Assembly: GCA_964458985.1 (NCBI GenBank)
Contig: CAYWKT010000002.1
Location: 1 to 39,201, forward strand
From: an uncultured Erysipelothrix sp.
GTDB taxonomy: Bacteria > Bacillota_I > Bacilli_A > Erysipelotrichales > Erysipelotrichaceae
Length of the DNA stretch: 39,201 nt
Direction: 5' to 3'
The notes under the pieces are model-generated. The model had not been told where the DNA came from. It ran no database searches and saw only the letters and a program-made list of their open reading frames with translations. The position numbers were made by a program, and so were the translations under genes. This document shows, in pieces, positions 19,124 to 28,401 of this stretch. Within the stretch, counting starts at the first letter, position 1; every line of letters begins with the position of its first letter.

Positions 19124-20185
19124 CTATAAAATTATTAATTCTTTATCTAAACTCGTTAAAACTTCAATACCGTCTTCTAAAATTAAGACATCATCTTCAA
19201 TGCGTACTCCGCCTAAACCTTCAAGATAAATTCCTGGTTCAATTGTTACAACGTTTCCTGGTTGTAATGTATGATAAACATCATTTCTAAGACGTGGATT
19301 TTCATGAATATCAATTCCGATACTATGGCCTAAACCATGACCAAATTTACCTTCATATCCAGCATCATTTATAAAATCACGGACAATCTTATCGACTTCA
19401 TATGCACGATCATTGTTTTTTAAACTTTCAATTCCTAAAAGGTTTGCTTCTAAAACTGTATTGTATACATCAATTAATTTTTGATCTGGCTTTCCGATCG
19501 CAATAGTACGGGTAATATCACTACAATAGCCTTTGTAGTAACAGCCAAAATCGAATGTAATTAACTCATTATTGTTAATTATCTTATCTGATGCAACACC
19601 ATGTGGTAGACTACTTCTTTCACCACTCGCAACTATCATATCAAACGATGTACTTTCAGCACCTAAATCTAACATTTGATTTTCTAAATAGCGGGCAACA
19701 GTCAACTCACTCATTCCAACTTTAATAAAATCTAAAGTATTTAGAAATGCTTGCTCGGCAATTTGAATAGCTTCTTTAATTAATAATACTTCTTCAGAAC
19801 TTTTAACTTCCCGGATATAATCAACGTTCAAGTCAACTAATCTAGGTGTTAAGTTTCTTTCATATGCGAGCCATTCATTTCGGCTTACATAGTCGCCCTC
19901 AAGTCCTAATGACTTAAATTTATGTTTACGACGTAACTGATTCACAATATCAAATAGTGAAATATCATTATCCGTAACTACTACTTCAAAATCTGGGCTC
20001 ATTAATTTAGCTTGTTCAATATAGCGAAAATCTGTAATCAAATATTTACTATCTTCTGTAATTAATAGTTTCGCATTTGTTCCGCGAAAATTAGAATAAT
20101 AAAATATATTTGAGTAATTTGAAATTAAGATTGCATCAATTTCTAATTCGCTAAGTGCGAGTAATAACTTTTCATGTTTATTCAT
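19124..20185 (-). CDS. M24B Xaa-Pro aminopeptidase/dipeptidase
   Basis: 353 aa. Metal-ligand motifs are FDFGCYYKGYCSDITRT, HGLGHSIGIDIHE and TIEPGIY..GGVRIED. It sits directly upstream of efp, as yqhT-efp does in B. subtilis. Confidence 0.87.
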   Translation of the reverse strand: MNKHEKLLLALSELEIDAILISNYSNIFYYSNFRGTNAKLLITEDSKYLITDFRYIEQAKLMSPDFEVVVTDNDISLFDIVNQLRRKHKFKSLGLEGDYVSRNEWLAYERNLTPRLVDLNVDYIREVKSSEEVLLIKEAIQIAEQAFLNTLDFIKVGMSELTVARYLENQMLDLGAESTSFDMIVASGERSSLPHGVASDKIINNNELITFDFGCYYKGYCSDITRTIAIGKPDQKLIDVYNTVLEANLLGIESLKNNDRAYEVDKIVRDFINDAGYEGKFGHGLGHSIGIDIHENPRLRNDVYHTLQPGNVVTIEPGIYLEGLGGVRIEDDVLILEDGIEVLTSLDKELIIL

Positions 20186-20212
20186 CTAATCACCTAATTT
20201 ATTATAACACAT

Positions 20213-20557
20213 TTACTTATACAAAATCTCTATGAAACAGATGCAATCATCATTATACTTAAGGTTTATCGTATATTCGAGTAATCCTTCGACACTTATG
20301 TTTACTTCTGTATCATCAATAGTCGTATAGAAGTAATAATCTTCAAAGTACAGTTCAAAATCCTCATCATCATATATGTATAAATTACTCAATATTTCAT
20401 CAAAAACATACTTCTCGGCGCGAAGCCTTTTATAAATATTCTCACTCTCATTTTCAACATTATAAAACATTTTTAAATCATTAAACTTAACTGTAAAAAT
20501 GATTGAGGAAAATAGTAATGTATAAATAGTAAAAATTAAAATATACCCTTTTTTCAT
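20213..20557 (-). CDS. comGG: ComGG-like competence pseudopilus protein
   Basis: 114 aa and last gene of the comG cluster. The N-terminus is MKKGYILIFTIYTLLFSSIIF. Its ATG overlaps the comGF stop (ATGA). The assignment rests on position and the N-terminal pattern only. Confidence 0.5.
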   Translation of the reverse strand: MKKGYILIFTIYTLLFSSIIFTVKFNDLKMFYNVENESENIYKRLRAEKYVFDEILSNLYIYDDEDFELYFEDYYFYTTIDDTEVNISVEGLLEYTINLKYNDDCICFIEILYK

Positions 20558-20940
20558 ATTTGGCCAATTAAAAATTTTGATTGCTCAGTTAATCGAGAAA
20601 TTTCCATAATAATAAAATTATCATTATCAACGTAAAACTTAAGATGATCGACATATAAATAGTAAATAACAGTTCCCGGACTTAAGATTACTTTATTATT
20701 TTTTAAGGATAATTTTCTCTCTTCATTTAAATATGAAAAATTAATTTCATCATCTAATACATCTACATCATAAGCTAAGTTAAAAACTTGATATAGTTGC
20801 ACTGCTGCTAACATATCTTCATTATAACTATCATAACTTACTTTCTTTAAAATATTTAAACCACTACTAATTACACTTAACACTAAAAATGAACATAGCA
20901 TCCCTATTAAAAACTCAATTGAGTTAAAACCCTTTTTCAT
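20554..20940 (-). CDS. comGF: ComGF-like minor pseudopilin
   Basis: The prepilin signature is MKKGFNSIEFLIGML, with Gly at -1 and Glu at +5. I prefer the ATG at 20940, because the track's TTG at 20952 abuts the AAGGAGA motif. Confidence 0.65.
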   Translation of the reverse strand: MKKGFNSIEFLIGMLCSFLVLSVISSGLNILKKVSYDSYNEDMLAAVQLYQVFNLAYDVDVLDDEINFSYLNEERKLSLKNNKVILSPGTVIYYLYVDHLKFYVDNDNFIIMEISRLTEQSKFLIGQI

Positions 20941-21067
20941 ATTTAATTTCAATCTCCTTTCGTATTAAATCTAAATGTACAATTTCCTTAATTAAACCGA
21001 TGATAATTACACAGAGCATGATTGCTATTAATGATTCGACTAAAAGACTGCCCTTATTTAACTTCAT
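20924..21067 (-). CDS. comGE: ComGE-like small prepilin (47 aa), absent from the ORF track
   Basis: Hand translation gives MKLNKGSLLVESLIAIMLCVIIIGLIKEIVHLDLIRKEIEIKYEKGF. AGGAG lies 9 nt upstream of the ATG. It has the prepilin pattern KG/SLLVE (Glu +5) plus a hydrophobic helix. It fills the gap between comGD and comGF and overlaps both. Confidence 0.5.
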   Translation of the reverse strand: MKLNKGSLLVESLIAIMLCVIIIGLIKEIVHLDLIRKEIEIKYEKGF

Positions 21068-21380
21068 TTATCCCTGCTCCTAAATGTATTACTAAATGTT
21101 TATTACTATTTTTAATCTTAATTGTTTGAGCTTGGTTTACATTACCTTTAGCATTAAAGCAAACTGGATATTTACTTACGATTAAACTGTTCTCAACGCA
21201 AAAATGATTAACTTGACTAATACTTTTTAACTTATGGTCAATTATCATATTTTTACTTTCACTCTCACTTAACTTACTTTCAAGTTTACTTAATGATAAG
21301 TTTGATAGAAATAACATATTAGTCAGACTAAAGCCGATAAGTACAATTAGTAAGTCAAGCAGAACAAACCCTTTATTCAA
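21054..21380 (-). CDS. comGD: ComGD-like minor pseudopilin
   Basis: The prepilin-like N-terminus is (M)NKGFVLLDLLIVLIGF, with Asp rather than Glu at +5. I prefer the TTG at 21380, which lies 6 nt after GGTGAGG. Alternative starts are the ATG at 21395 and the track start at 21443. Confidence 0.6.
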   Translation of the reverse strand: MNKGFVLLDLLIVLIGFSLTNMLFLSNLSLSKLESKLSESESKNMIIDHKLKSISQVNHFCVENSLIVSKYPVCFNAKGNVNQAQTIKIKNSNKHLVIHLGAGINEVK

Positions 21381-21666
21381 CTTTTGCCTCACCATCAATA
21401 ATAATGATATTTTTATTGTTCTGACATTTTCGCTGATTTTCATCTAATAAGTTATAACTTATTAACTCATCAATACTATCTGGAATCTCATCAGTATCAA
21501 CCATATATTGTAATATTGCGGCATCCACGAGTTTAACTTGTGACTCACAACCTCTTTTTTGGACGATAGTAACTACCTTTTGTATATTAGGTATTGTGAT
21601 TAACATTAATAAGGCAATAATCATAATGACGACGATCATTTCTAAAAGCGTGAATCCTTTTCGCAT
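21373..21666 (-). CDS. comGC: ComGC major competence pseudopilin
   Basis: 97 aa with the canonical class III signal MRKGFTLLEMIVVIMIIALLMLI. Confidence 0.88.
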   Translation of the reverse strand: MRKGFTLLEMIVVIMIIALLMLITIPNIQKVVTIVQKRGCESQVKLVDAAILQYMVDTDEIPDSIDELISYNLLDENQRKCQNNKNIIIIDGEAKVE

Positions 21667-21678
21667 AAAATCCCCTTT

Positions 21679-22635
21679 CTAAATTTGATTAAGCATACTT
21701 AACGGTAAACTTAATATTTTGTATAGTAAGACAATAATAAAAGCTAAGTAAATGTAGGCTATTAAATAAAGTTTACTAACTAAATTATTAATTTGTACAT
21801 ACATGTCGCGATTTAATTTGTGAGCATAGTTTTTAATAATCACAATAAAGTTTTGGGTCGTGATTGAAAAGACTAAAATATTTTTAAAAGTATCATTACA
21901 ATGCATATTATTAATACTAACCTCAAGTCCTAAACCATCTTCTAAGTCGCTATTAAGGAAATAGGCAATATTTGAAATTATTGGATCACTTTTGAACGTA
22001 TTTATTAGTTTAAATATTTCAAGTGTTGAATAACCTTCTTCATAGAAGCTAATTAGTAAATGCATAAAAATGCTTAAATAGTAGTTTTCAATAAGCATAA
22101 ACAGTTTTATTCTTTTGATTCGATTATATCCAAAAATTAATGTAACCGGATTTTTAAACAAAAAGGCAATTATAATAAATAAAAGAAGTAAGCTAATAAT
22201 TGTGACTAAAGATATGTAGTAAATTATTGTGATTAATATTGTGAAATGTGAACTGTCAAAATCACTAATTAGTGATAACAAACTATGTTTAAATATTGAT
22301 AGACTACAGAAGCTCATTATAATTAATCCGATCGGATAGAGTAATTTTTTAATAAGTGTCAAGATTAAATCTTTCTTTAGTGTTTCTAAAAAATGTATAT
22401 AGTTAATTAACTGCAGCGAGTTCATTTGATTTAGTAAGGTTGCATACTTATTAAAATATTCAGTAAAGAAGTTTTCATCAAATTCAGATAATTTTCGATT
22501 AATAAATAACTCAATTTCACTACTACTTAAATTATTTTTTAGTAAGATTGATATTTCTGAAAACAATGATAAGTAGTAATTGTGCATTTGAAACTCTTTA
22601 ATTTCATTTTTTAATTTAGAAAATAATCGTTTCAT
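21679..22635 (-). CDS. comGB: ComGB, type II secretion/type IV pilus platform protein (GspF/PilC family)
   Basis: About 318 aa and polytopic, positioned between comGA and comGC. The ATG at 22635 overlaps the comGA 3' end by 20 nt. Confidence 0.78.
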   Translation of the reverse strand: MKRLFSKLKNEIKEFQMHNYYLSLFSEISILLKNNLSSSEIELFINRKLSEFDENFFTEYFNKYATLLNQMNSLQLINYIHFLETLKKDLILTLIKKLLYPIGLIIMSFCSLSIFKHSLLSLISDFDSSHFTILITIIYYISLVTIISLLLLFIIIAFLFKNPVTLIFGYNRIKRIKLFMLIENYYLSIFMHLLISFYEEGYSTLEIFKLINTFKSDPIISNIAYFLNSDLEDGLGLEVSINNMHCNDTFKNILVFSITTQNFIVIIKNYAHKLNRDMYVQINNLVSKLYLIAYIYLAFIIVLLYKILSLPLSMLNQI

Positions 22636-23458
22636 AAACACTCTTTCGCTGACTATCTCTATCTACTATTAGACGTTGATTCGCAATATAAATAACATTA
22701 TCTTCTATATCACTTTTTGAGATTCCTAAATCAATTAATCGCTCTATTGTCTGATCTACATTCTTTGCATGAATCGTACATAAAACTAAGTGTCCAGTAT
22801 AGGCAGCTCTGATTGCCATACTAGCCGCATTTTCATCTCTAATTTCCCCAATACATATAATATCTGGATCATGCCTTAGTATTTGTTTAATCGCTTCACT
22901 GTAAGTAAATCCTTTTGACTCATTAATATCAACTTGTACTAAATTGTCGAAGTAAATTTCGATTGGATCTTCAATTGAGTAAATCATCTTATTATCATAC
23001 ATATTCATGAGTGTGTACATTGACGTCGTCTTGCCGCTGCCTGTCGGTCCACTAAATATGATTAATCCGCTATCGCGCTTCATTAATTCATTAATCTCTG
23101 ATGCAATCTCATTAAATATGTTCGAACTTACAAATTGTTTATTTAATATTCGTAAGACGCTAACTTCAAGAAACTGACTTTTGATTGTCGCTAAACGAAA
23201 GTAGTACTGCTCCTCATTAAAATGGTATGTGAATGATCCACTTTGTGGTTTATCGATTTTAATTAAATTAAGATTACTAATGTATTTTAGATGCTCAATT
23301 AATCTAAAATCGATTGGCTTACTTTCAAACTGCTTAAAACCACTAATAGTTCTGAGACTAATCTTTAATTCGCTCGTCTTTGGATTAATCTCAAAATGAA
23401 TATCAGTCGATTTATTTGATATCGCAAAATATAGTAATTGCTCGAATCGTTGTAACAT
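22616..23458 (-). CDS. comGA: ComGA, type IV pilus/T2SS assembly ATPase (GspE/PilB family, short)
   Basis: Walker A is FSGPTGSGKTTSM, with Asp box IEDPIE, Walker B DIICIGEIRD and His box TGHLVLCTIHA. The ATG at 23458 is preceded by AGGTGA. Confidence 0.87.
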   Translation of the reverse strand: MLQRFEQLLYFAISNKSTDIHFEINPKTSELKISLRTISGFKQFESKPIDFRLIEHLKYISNLNLIKIDKPQSGSFTYHFNEEQYYFRLATIKSQFLEVSVLRILNKQFVSSNIFNEIASEINELMKRDSGLIIFSGPTGSGKTTSMYTLMNMYDNKMIYSIEDPIEIYFDNLVQVDINESKGFTYSEAIKQILRHDPDIICIGEIRDENAASMAIRAAYTGHLVLCTIHAKNVDQTIERLIDLGISKSDIEDNVIYIANQRLIVDRDSQRKSVYETIIF

Positions 23459-23503
23459 GTTATCACCTAATACAATATACATTCAAATATAAAAAAATCC
23501 TTA

Positions 23504-24091
23504 CTATTTAAAGTAAGGATTTCGCTCAATTTGCGTAAATAATGTCGAATCATTTCCATGTCCTGGATATATTTTGTAATCTTTTTCAAATTGTTTAAAA
23601 AATTGAATTGAGTTGTACATATCCGATTCGCTTCCGGTTGGAAAGTCCATACGTCCAACATTTAAGTTAACGACTGTATCTCCAGTGAATAGAACATCTT
23701 CGATTTCGAATGTGACGCCACCTTTTGTATGACCAGGTGTTTCATGGACGATAATATCAAATGCTCCTAAAGATAAAGTTTTATCTAAATGGATAATATC
23801 ATAATTTATTACGCCATCATAAAAACTTTTACTTGGATCATCAATTAATGCTTGTTCCTTCGAACTTGCATAGATGTCACAGAAATACTCTTGGACAACG
23901 TCATTGACGGCACCGATATGATCGAAGTGACCATGTGTTAGTAATATCGCTAATACTTTGTCATCTTCATTTATATATTGTTTGATTACTTCAAACTCAG
24001 AGCCTGGATCGATTATAAGGACCTCTTTGTCTTTTCTTACAATATATGTGTTCGTTAATAACGAACCTAAAGTTAATTTTTTAATTTCCAT
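23504..24091 (-). CDS. MBL-fold metallo-hydrolase (YqgX/glyoxalase II-like)
   Basis: 195 aa with LLTHGHFDHIG and ETPGHTKGG motifs. No obvious SD lies before the ATG. Confidence 0.85.
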   Translation of the reverse strand: MEIKKLTLGSLLTNTYIVRKDKEVLIIDPGSEFEVIKQYINEDDKVLAILLTHGHFDHIGAVNDVVQEYFCDIYASSKEQALIDDPSKSFYDGVINYDIIHLDKTLSLGAFDIIVHETPGHTKGGVTFEIEDVLFTGDTVVNLNVGRMDFPTGSESDMYNSIQFFKQFEKDYKIYPGHGNDSTLFTQIERNPYFK

Positions 24092-24100
24092 AGCGCATGA

Positions 24101-24124
24101 AAAAAAGCCTTATTTGGGCCTTTT
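24101..24124 (-). terminator. Possible weak terminator hairpin after rpmG
   Basis: Minus-strand RNA is AAAAGGCC-CAAAUAA-GGCUUUUUUU. The GC core is short and includes one G-U pair. Confidence 0.35.
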
Positions 24125-24272
24125 ATCTTTTCTCATTATGTTCTGTCATTTTATTACATTTTGGACAGAATTTTTGTATTTTCATACGATCCGGATTTTT
24201 ACTTTTATTACGTGAACCAATGTAGTTTTCTTCTTTACATTCGCCACATCTAAATGTTACTTTTGTTCTCAT
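24123..24272 (-). CDS. rpmG: 50S ribosomal protein L33 (zinc-ribbon form), absent from the ORF track
   Basis: Hand translation gives MRTKVTFRCGECKEENYIGSRNKSKNPDRMKIQKFCPKCNKMTEHNEKR (49 aa). It has two CxxC pairs and the NKxxNPDR motif. AGGAGGG lies upstream of the ATG. Confidence 0.9.
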   Translation of the reverse strand: MRTKVTFRCGECKEENYIGSRNKSKNPDRMKIQKFCPKCNKMTEHNEKR

Positions 24273-24313
24273 TATTTTACCCTCCTAATACCTCTAACAA
24301 TTATACCACAAAT

Positions 24314-26389
24314 TTATTTATTATTGAAATAATAATCTAATATTTCGCCTGCGATTGGCTGACAAATGTTACTTAAGTTACGTGTTTTCGCAACATCAGT
24401 CGAATTTGGAGTTACACAAGTGATTGAAACTTCCGGATTTTCAAATGGTGCATAGCCGACAAGAAGACTGTGAACAGTACTATCTATGACTACTCCGTCA
24501 TCATTTTTAAACAATGCCTCAGCTGTCCCAGTCTTTGCGGCAACACTAAAGTTTTTATCATTTAAAGATCCGCGACATAAACCATCAGTCACACATGCTC
24601 TAAATCCAAGTTGAACTTGTTTAAGTGCATCTAAATCATCAAGTGTACTAACTACTTCTACTTCATTCGTATAAACTTCCATTCCACTCATTGGATCTTT
24701 TGCTCCTTTGACATAACGTGGTTTTACTCGGACGCCATCATTTGCGATTGTGTTTACATAAGTTGCAAGTTGCATCGGTGTATAAGTATCATACTGCCCC
24801 ATTGCATAGTCTAAAATGAATCCACCTAAAAAGTTTTGTCCCGTATAGCCTAATGCTTCATTTGGAACGTCAAGCCCAGTTTTTGTACCGAGTCCAAATT
24901 TTGAAAAGTTATTCTTCATAATCATAAAGTCTGACTCATCAACTCCGTATAATGGTTGATCGTACGCATATGATGCATTCGCAATTCGCATTGCCACATG
25001 GAACATGTAGACGTTACTTGATTGTGCGAGTGCTGTCACTGCATTAGTTGATACTAAGTTTTGATAAGATCTTTTTAGTGGTGTACTTGCAATTTTAATT
25101 GGCGCATCTGAAATTTGCTCAGTTGGTGTTACGACATTTTCTGATAAACCTAAATAGACCACAGCCCCTTTTATTGTCGAGCCTGGAATTACTGTATCTA
25201 GATGATTTCCAGCCGCATTGTTATAATAGCCACCTTCACCATCACGATTTAAGTTAACTGATGCTAATATGTCACCATTTCTTGGATCACTAACTATGAC
25301 ATATGTACTGTCATAATATTCTCTAAATGGAACTCCTTTTTCTTGTTCCATATATTTAGTGACGACCTCTTCACTTTTTTTCTGGAGATCAAGATCAATT
25401 GCCATAATTAAATCATCGCCTTTTGCCCCTGATTGAACTTCTTGTGGACTTGCATATCCATCATCTGTATAAACTACATCTTGAATAATTTTATCGCCAC
25501 TTATAATATCTTCATAATAAGCTTCAAGGCCACTACGGCCCATTCGTTCATCACGTGAGTAATCTTTCGCTAAATAGAAATCTACTAGCTCACTTGATAA
25601 TCCTTGAGTTTCAGTTGATATCGTCCCAATTACGCCACCTAAACCAAATGAATCTAAATAATCACGATCCCAGTTTGAAAAAGATTCAAATCCTGGGTAT
25701 TCACTATTATGCTCAGCAAGATAAGCAATCTCATTGTTTTCCGCATTACTGACAATTATCTTCATGCCATTTGCGGTCGGTTTAATCATTTGTTGATACA
25801 CTTTATATGATTGAATTATCTCAGTACTCATAGATGCATGATCTTCTTCCGTAATCTTATTTTTTAAAAGACGTTCGTACTCTGCATTTGTGTATTCTTT
25901 ATTTCTATACGCTAAAACTTCCTCTTCTGTTGCACGAGCCTTTACATCGTCAGTATTTAGAAAATAAAATGCATCGTTTAAATCACTTTTGTTCGCAACT
26001 AACTCTTCCGTATTAAATTCACTCGCAAACTTTTGTGCCATCTCCCAACGTTCTTCTAAACCATGAAACTTAGGTGGATAGTAAATAATTGATTTAATAA
26101 TTTTATTTGTAACGATTTTTTCACCATTACGATCATAAATTTCACCTCGTGGTGTTGTGATTGTCTCATGACTTCGTGTATAATTTTCTAATTTTTGGAT
26201 ATAACTCTCATTTGCTATAATTTGAATATAAAATAATCTTAATATAATTAACACCATGGAAAAAATAACTAACGCACCAAAGACGATCATTCGCCTTTGA
26301 ATTGATCTAGCCGTTAATTCTGGTGTAGTTGATTCAATTGTGACATTGGTCTTACGATTAAAACCAATTCTTTCTAAAAAATCTTTCAA
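24314..26389 (-). CDS. Class B penicillin-binding protein (PBP2-type transpeptidase)
   Basis: It has an N-terminal TM anchor and a PBP dimerisation region. Transpeptidase motifs are STIK (GSTIKGA), SSN (AQSSNVY) and KTGTA. The start is uncertain. The TTG at 26389 lies 5-6 nt after GGAGTGG, whereas the track's GTG at 26398 overlaps that motif. Confidence 0.9.
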   Translation of the reverse strand: MKDFLERIGFNRKTNVTIESTTPELTARSIQRRMIVFGALVIFSMVLIILRLFYIQIIANESYIQKLENYTRSHETITTPRGEIYDRNGEKIVTNKIIKSIIYYPPKFHGLEERWEMAQKFASEFNTEELVANKSDLNDAFYFLNTDDVKARATEEEVLAYRNKEYTNAEYERLLKNKITEEDHASMSTEIIQSYKVYQQMIKPTANGMKIIVSNAENNEIAYLAEHNSEYPGFESFSNWDRDYLDSFGLGGVIGTISTETQGLSSELVDFYLAKDYSRDERMGRSGLEAYYEDIISGDKIIQDVVYTDDGYASPQEVQSGAKGDDLIMAIDLDLQKKSEEVVTKYMEQEKGVPFREYYDSTYVIVSDPRNGDILASVNLNRDGEGGYYNNAAGNHLDTVIPGSTIKGAVVYLGLSENVVTPTEQISDAPIKIASTPLKRSYQNLVSTNAVTALAQSSNVYMFHVAMRIANASYAYDQPLYGVDESDFMIMKNNFSKFGLGTKTGLDVPNEALGYTGQNFLGGFILDYAMGQYDTYTPMQLATYVNTIANDGVRVKPRYVKGAKDPMSGMEVYTNEVEVVSTLDDLDALKQVQLGFRACVTDGLCRGSLNDKNFSVAAKTGTAEALFKNDDGVVIDSTVHSLLVGYAPFENPEVSITCVTPNSTDVAKTRNLSNICQPIAGEILDYYFNNK

Positions 26390-26445
26390 AAATACCACTC
26401 CAAACTACTATTAATTATAACACAATATGCCTTAATTATTTATTA

Positions 26446-26454
26446 TGATATAAT
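26446..26454 (+). promoter_or_regulatory. Extended -10 promoter element (TGATATAAT) for ispG
   Basis: The plus strand reads ttaTGaTATAATttgc, 17 nt upstream of the ispG ATG region. Confidence 0.4.
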
Positions 26455-26470
26455 TTGCTTGAGGTGGATT

Positions 26471-27532
26471 ATGAAACATAGAGAAGCAACACGTTTAATT
26501 AATATAAAAGATATTCAAATCGGAAACCAAAATAAAGTCGTAATACAATCAATGACAAATACTAAAACAAAAGATGTCGAAAAGACAGTTACTCAAATAA
26601 AAGCATTAGAGGATAAAGGTTGTCAACTAATTAGAGTTGCGGTGTTAGATGAAGAAGATGCATATGCCATTAAAGAAATCAAAAAACATATTTCGATTCC
26701 ATTAGCGGCTGATATTCATTTTAATCATAAACTGGCGATTATCGCAATTGAATCAGGAGCTGATAAAGTTAGATTAAACCCTGGAAATATCGGAAGCCGA
26801 GAAAATGTCGAAGCTGTCGTAAAGAAATGTAAAGAGTATAAAGTACCGATTAGAATTGGAATTAACTCAGGCTCAATTGAAAAACGCCTATTAAATGAGT
26901 TTTTAGAAGTCACACCAGAAATTATGGTTCAAAGTGCCAAAGATCATATTCAAATACTAGAAGACTTAGATTTTTATGACATTATCTTATCACTTAAAGC
27001 TAGTGATGTAAGACTGACAATTGATGCATATCGTTTAGCGGCTAAGACATTTAACTACCCGCTTCACTTAGGTGTTACCGAGGCTGGAACACTCGTCTCA
27101 AGTGCCATTAAATCAAGTGCAGCACTTGGAGTATTACTTGAAGAAGGAATTGGTGATACGATTAGAATTTCAGTTACCGGAGATCCAATTGAAGAGATTC
27201 CTGTAGCAAAAAAACTATTAAATGCCTTTGAACTCGCAATTGATACACCAAACTTAGTTAGTTGTCCAACTTGTGGAAGACTCCAATATGATATGATTAA
27301 TCTTGCGAATCAAGTCGATGAATTTTTAGATGATATTAAAAGTGATATTACCGTCGCAGTAATGGGCTGTGCGGTCAATGGACCACAAGAAGCACAACGG
27401 GCAGATATCGGAGTTGCGGGTGGTAACGGAGAAGGTTTAATTTTTAAAGAAGGTAAAATATTTAAGAAAGTTAAAGATAGTGAACTATTTGAAGCACTTA
27501 AAGCTGAAATATTAGAAATGACAAGTAATTAA
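26471..27532 (+). CDS. ispG: 4-hydroxy-3-methylbut-2-enyl diphosphate synthase (MEP pathway)
   Basis: Matching segments are VVIQSMTNTKT, RVAV, ADIHF, VRLNPGNIG and the Cys cluster SCPTCGR ... GCAVNGP. The ATG at 26471 lies after GAGGTGG. The track's TTG at 26459 is less likely. Confidence 0.95.
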   Translation: MKHREATRLINIKDIQIGNQNKVVIQSMTNTKTKDVEKTVTQIKALEDKGCQLIRVAVLDEEDAYAIKEIKKHISIPLAADIHFNHKLAIIAIESGADKVRLNPGNIGSRENVEAVVKKCKEYKVPIRIGINSGSIEKRLLNEFLEVTPEIMVQSAKDHIQILEDLDFYDIILSLKASDVRLTIDAYRLAAKTFNYPLHLGVTEAGTLVSSAIKSSAALGVLLEEGIGDTIRISVTGDPIEEIPVAKKLLNAFELAIDTPNLVSCPTCGRLQYDMINLANQVDEFLDDIKSDITVAVMGCAVNGPQEAQRADIGVAGGNGEGLIFKEGKIFKKVKDSELFEALKAEILEMTSN

Positions 27533-27557
27533 AAAAGTAGCGCTCGCTACTTTTTTT
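27531..27557. terminator. Bidirectional terminator between convergent ispG and nfo
   Basis: The sequence is AAAAAAGTAGCG-CT-CGCTACTTTTTTT, a GC-containing stem flanked by A and T runs. Confidence 0.7.
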
Positions 27558-27558
27558 G

Positions 27559-28401
27559 TTATATAACTTTAAGTTTCTCAATTTCTTCCTTATAAGGTGG
27601 AACTCCATCAATATAAGGTGTCTCTAATATTTTAACGACATCTTTTAATTTTGGATGATGAATTACGTAATGTAAACTATCAAATCCAATTGTACCGGCT
27701 CCAATGTTTGCATGGCGGTCTTTGCGTGCTCCACGTTCATTTAATGAATCGTTTAAATGAATTACGTTTAATTTATCAAGTCCGATAATACGGTCGAACT
27801 CATCTAATACATGATCAAATTCACTAACATCATAACCTGCATCATTAATATGACAAGTATCTAATGTTACACCTAACATTTCTGGACGTTTTACTGATTT
27901 AATAATATGGGCAATTTCTTCAAAGTTACTTCCGATTTCAGTTCCTTTGCCTGCCATTGTTTCAAGCGCAATAATTAAATCATCATTTTCTTCGTTGACA
28001 ATGTCTAAGCCATTAATGATTGATTCAATTCCAGCTTCAACTCCACCACCAACGTGTGCACCAGGATGTAGTACCATGTATTTTGCACCAAAGGCGACTG
28101 ATCTTTCAATCTCAATCTTCATTAATTCAATTCCACTTTGGAATGTTTCTGGTTTTTTAGTATTACCTAAGTTAATTAAATAAGGCGCATGAATAACTAA
28201 ATCTTTTTTATCGATGTTATTTGCTTCCATTAATGCATGTGCATCTTCAATATTACACTTTTCTAGTGCCGTACGGCGACTATTTTGTGGAGCTCCTGTA
28301 TAAACCATTAATGCGTTTGCACCATATGATATTGCTTCTTCAACTGAACCTAGTAAATACTTAGGTGCTTTCATTCCGCAATGTGAACCTAACTTAATCA
28401 T
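27559..28401 (-). CDS. nfo: Endonuclease IV (AP endonuclease, TIM-barrel)
   Basis: 280 aa. Motifs are HAPYLINL, VLHPGAH, LETMAGKGTE, DTCH and HLNDS. Confidence 0.93.
   Translation of the reverse strand: MIKLGSHCGMKAPKYLLGSVEEAISYGANALMVYTGAPQNSRRTALEKCNIEDAHALMEANNIDKKDLVIHAPYLINLGNTKKPETFQSGIELMKIEIERSVAFGAKYMVLHPGAHVGGGVEAGIESIINGLDIVNEENDDLIIALETMAGKGTEIGSNFEEIAHIIKSVKRPEMLGVTLDTCHINDAGYDVSEFDHVLDEFDRIIGLDKLNVIHLNDSLNERGARKDRHANIGAGTIGFDSLHYVIHHPKLKDVVKILETPYIDGVPPYKEEIEKLKVI

Noticed and set aside
23467-23661. A 64-aa minus-strand ORF bridging the 3' end of the MBL hydrolase gene and the comGA start.
   Set aside because: It is out of frame with, and overlapping, the MBL gene, with no RBS and no motif. 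The comGA start at 23458 with AGGTGA explains the region.
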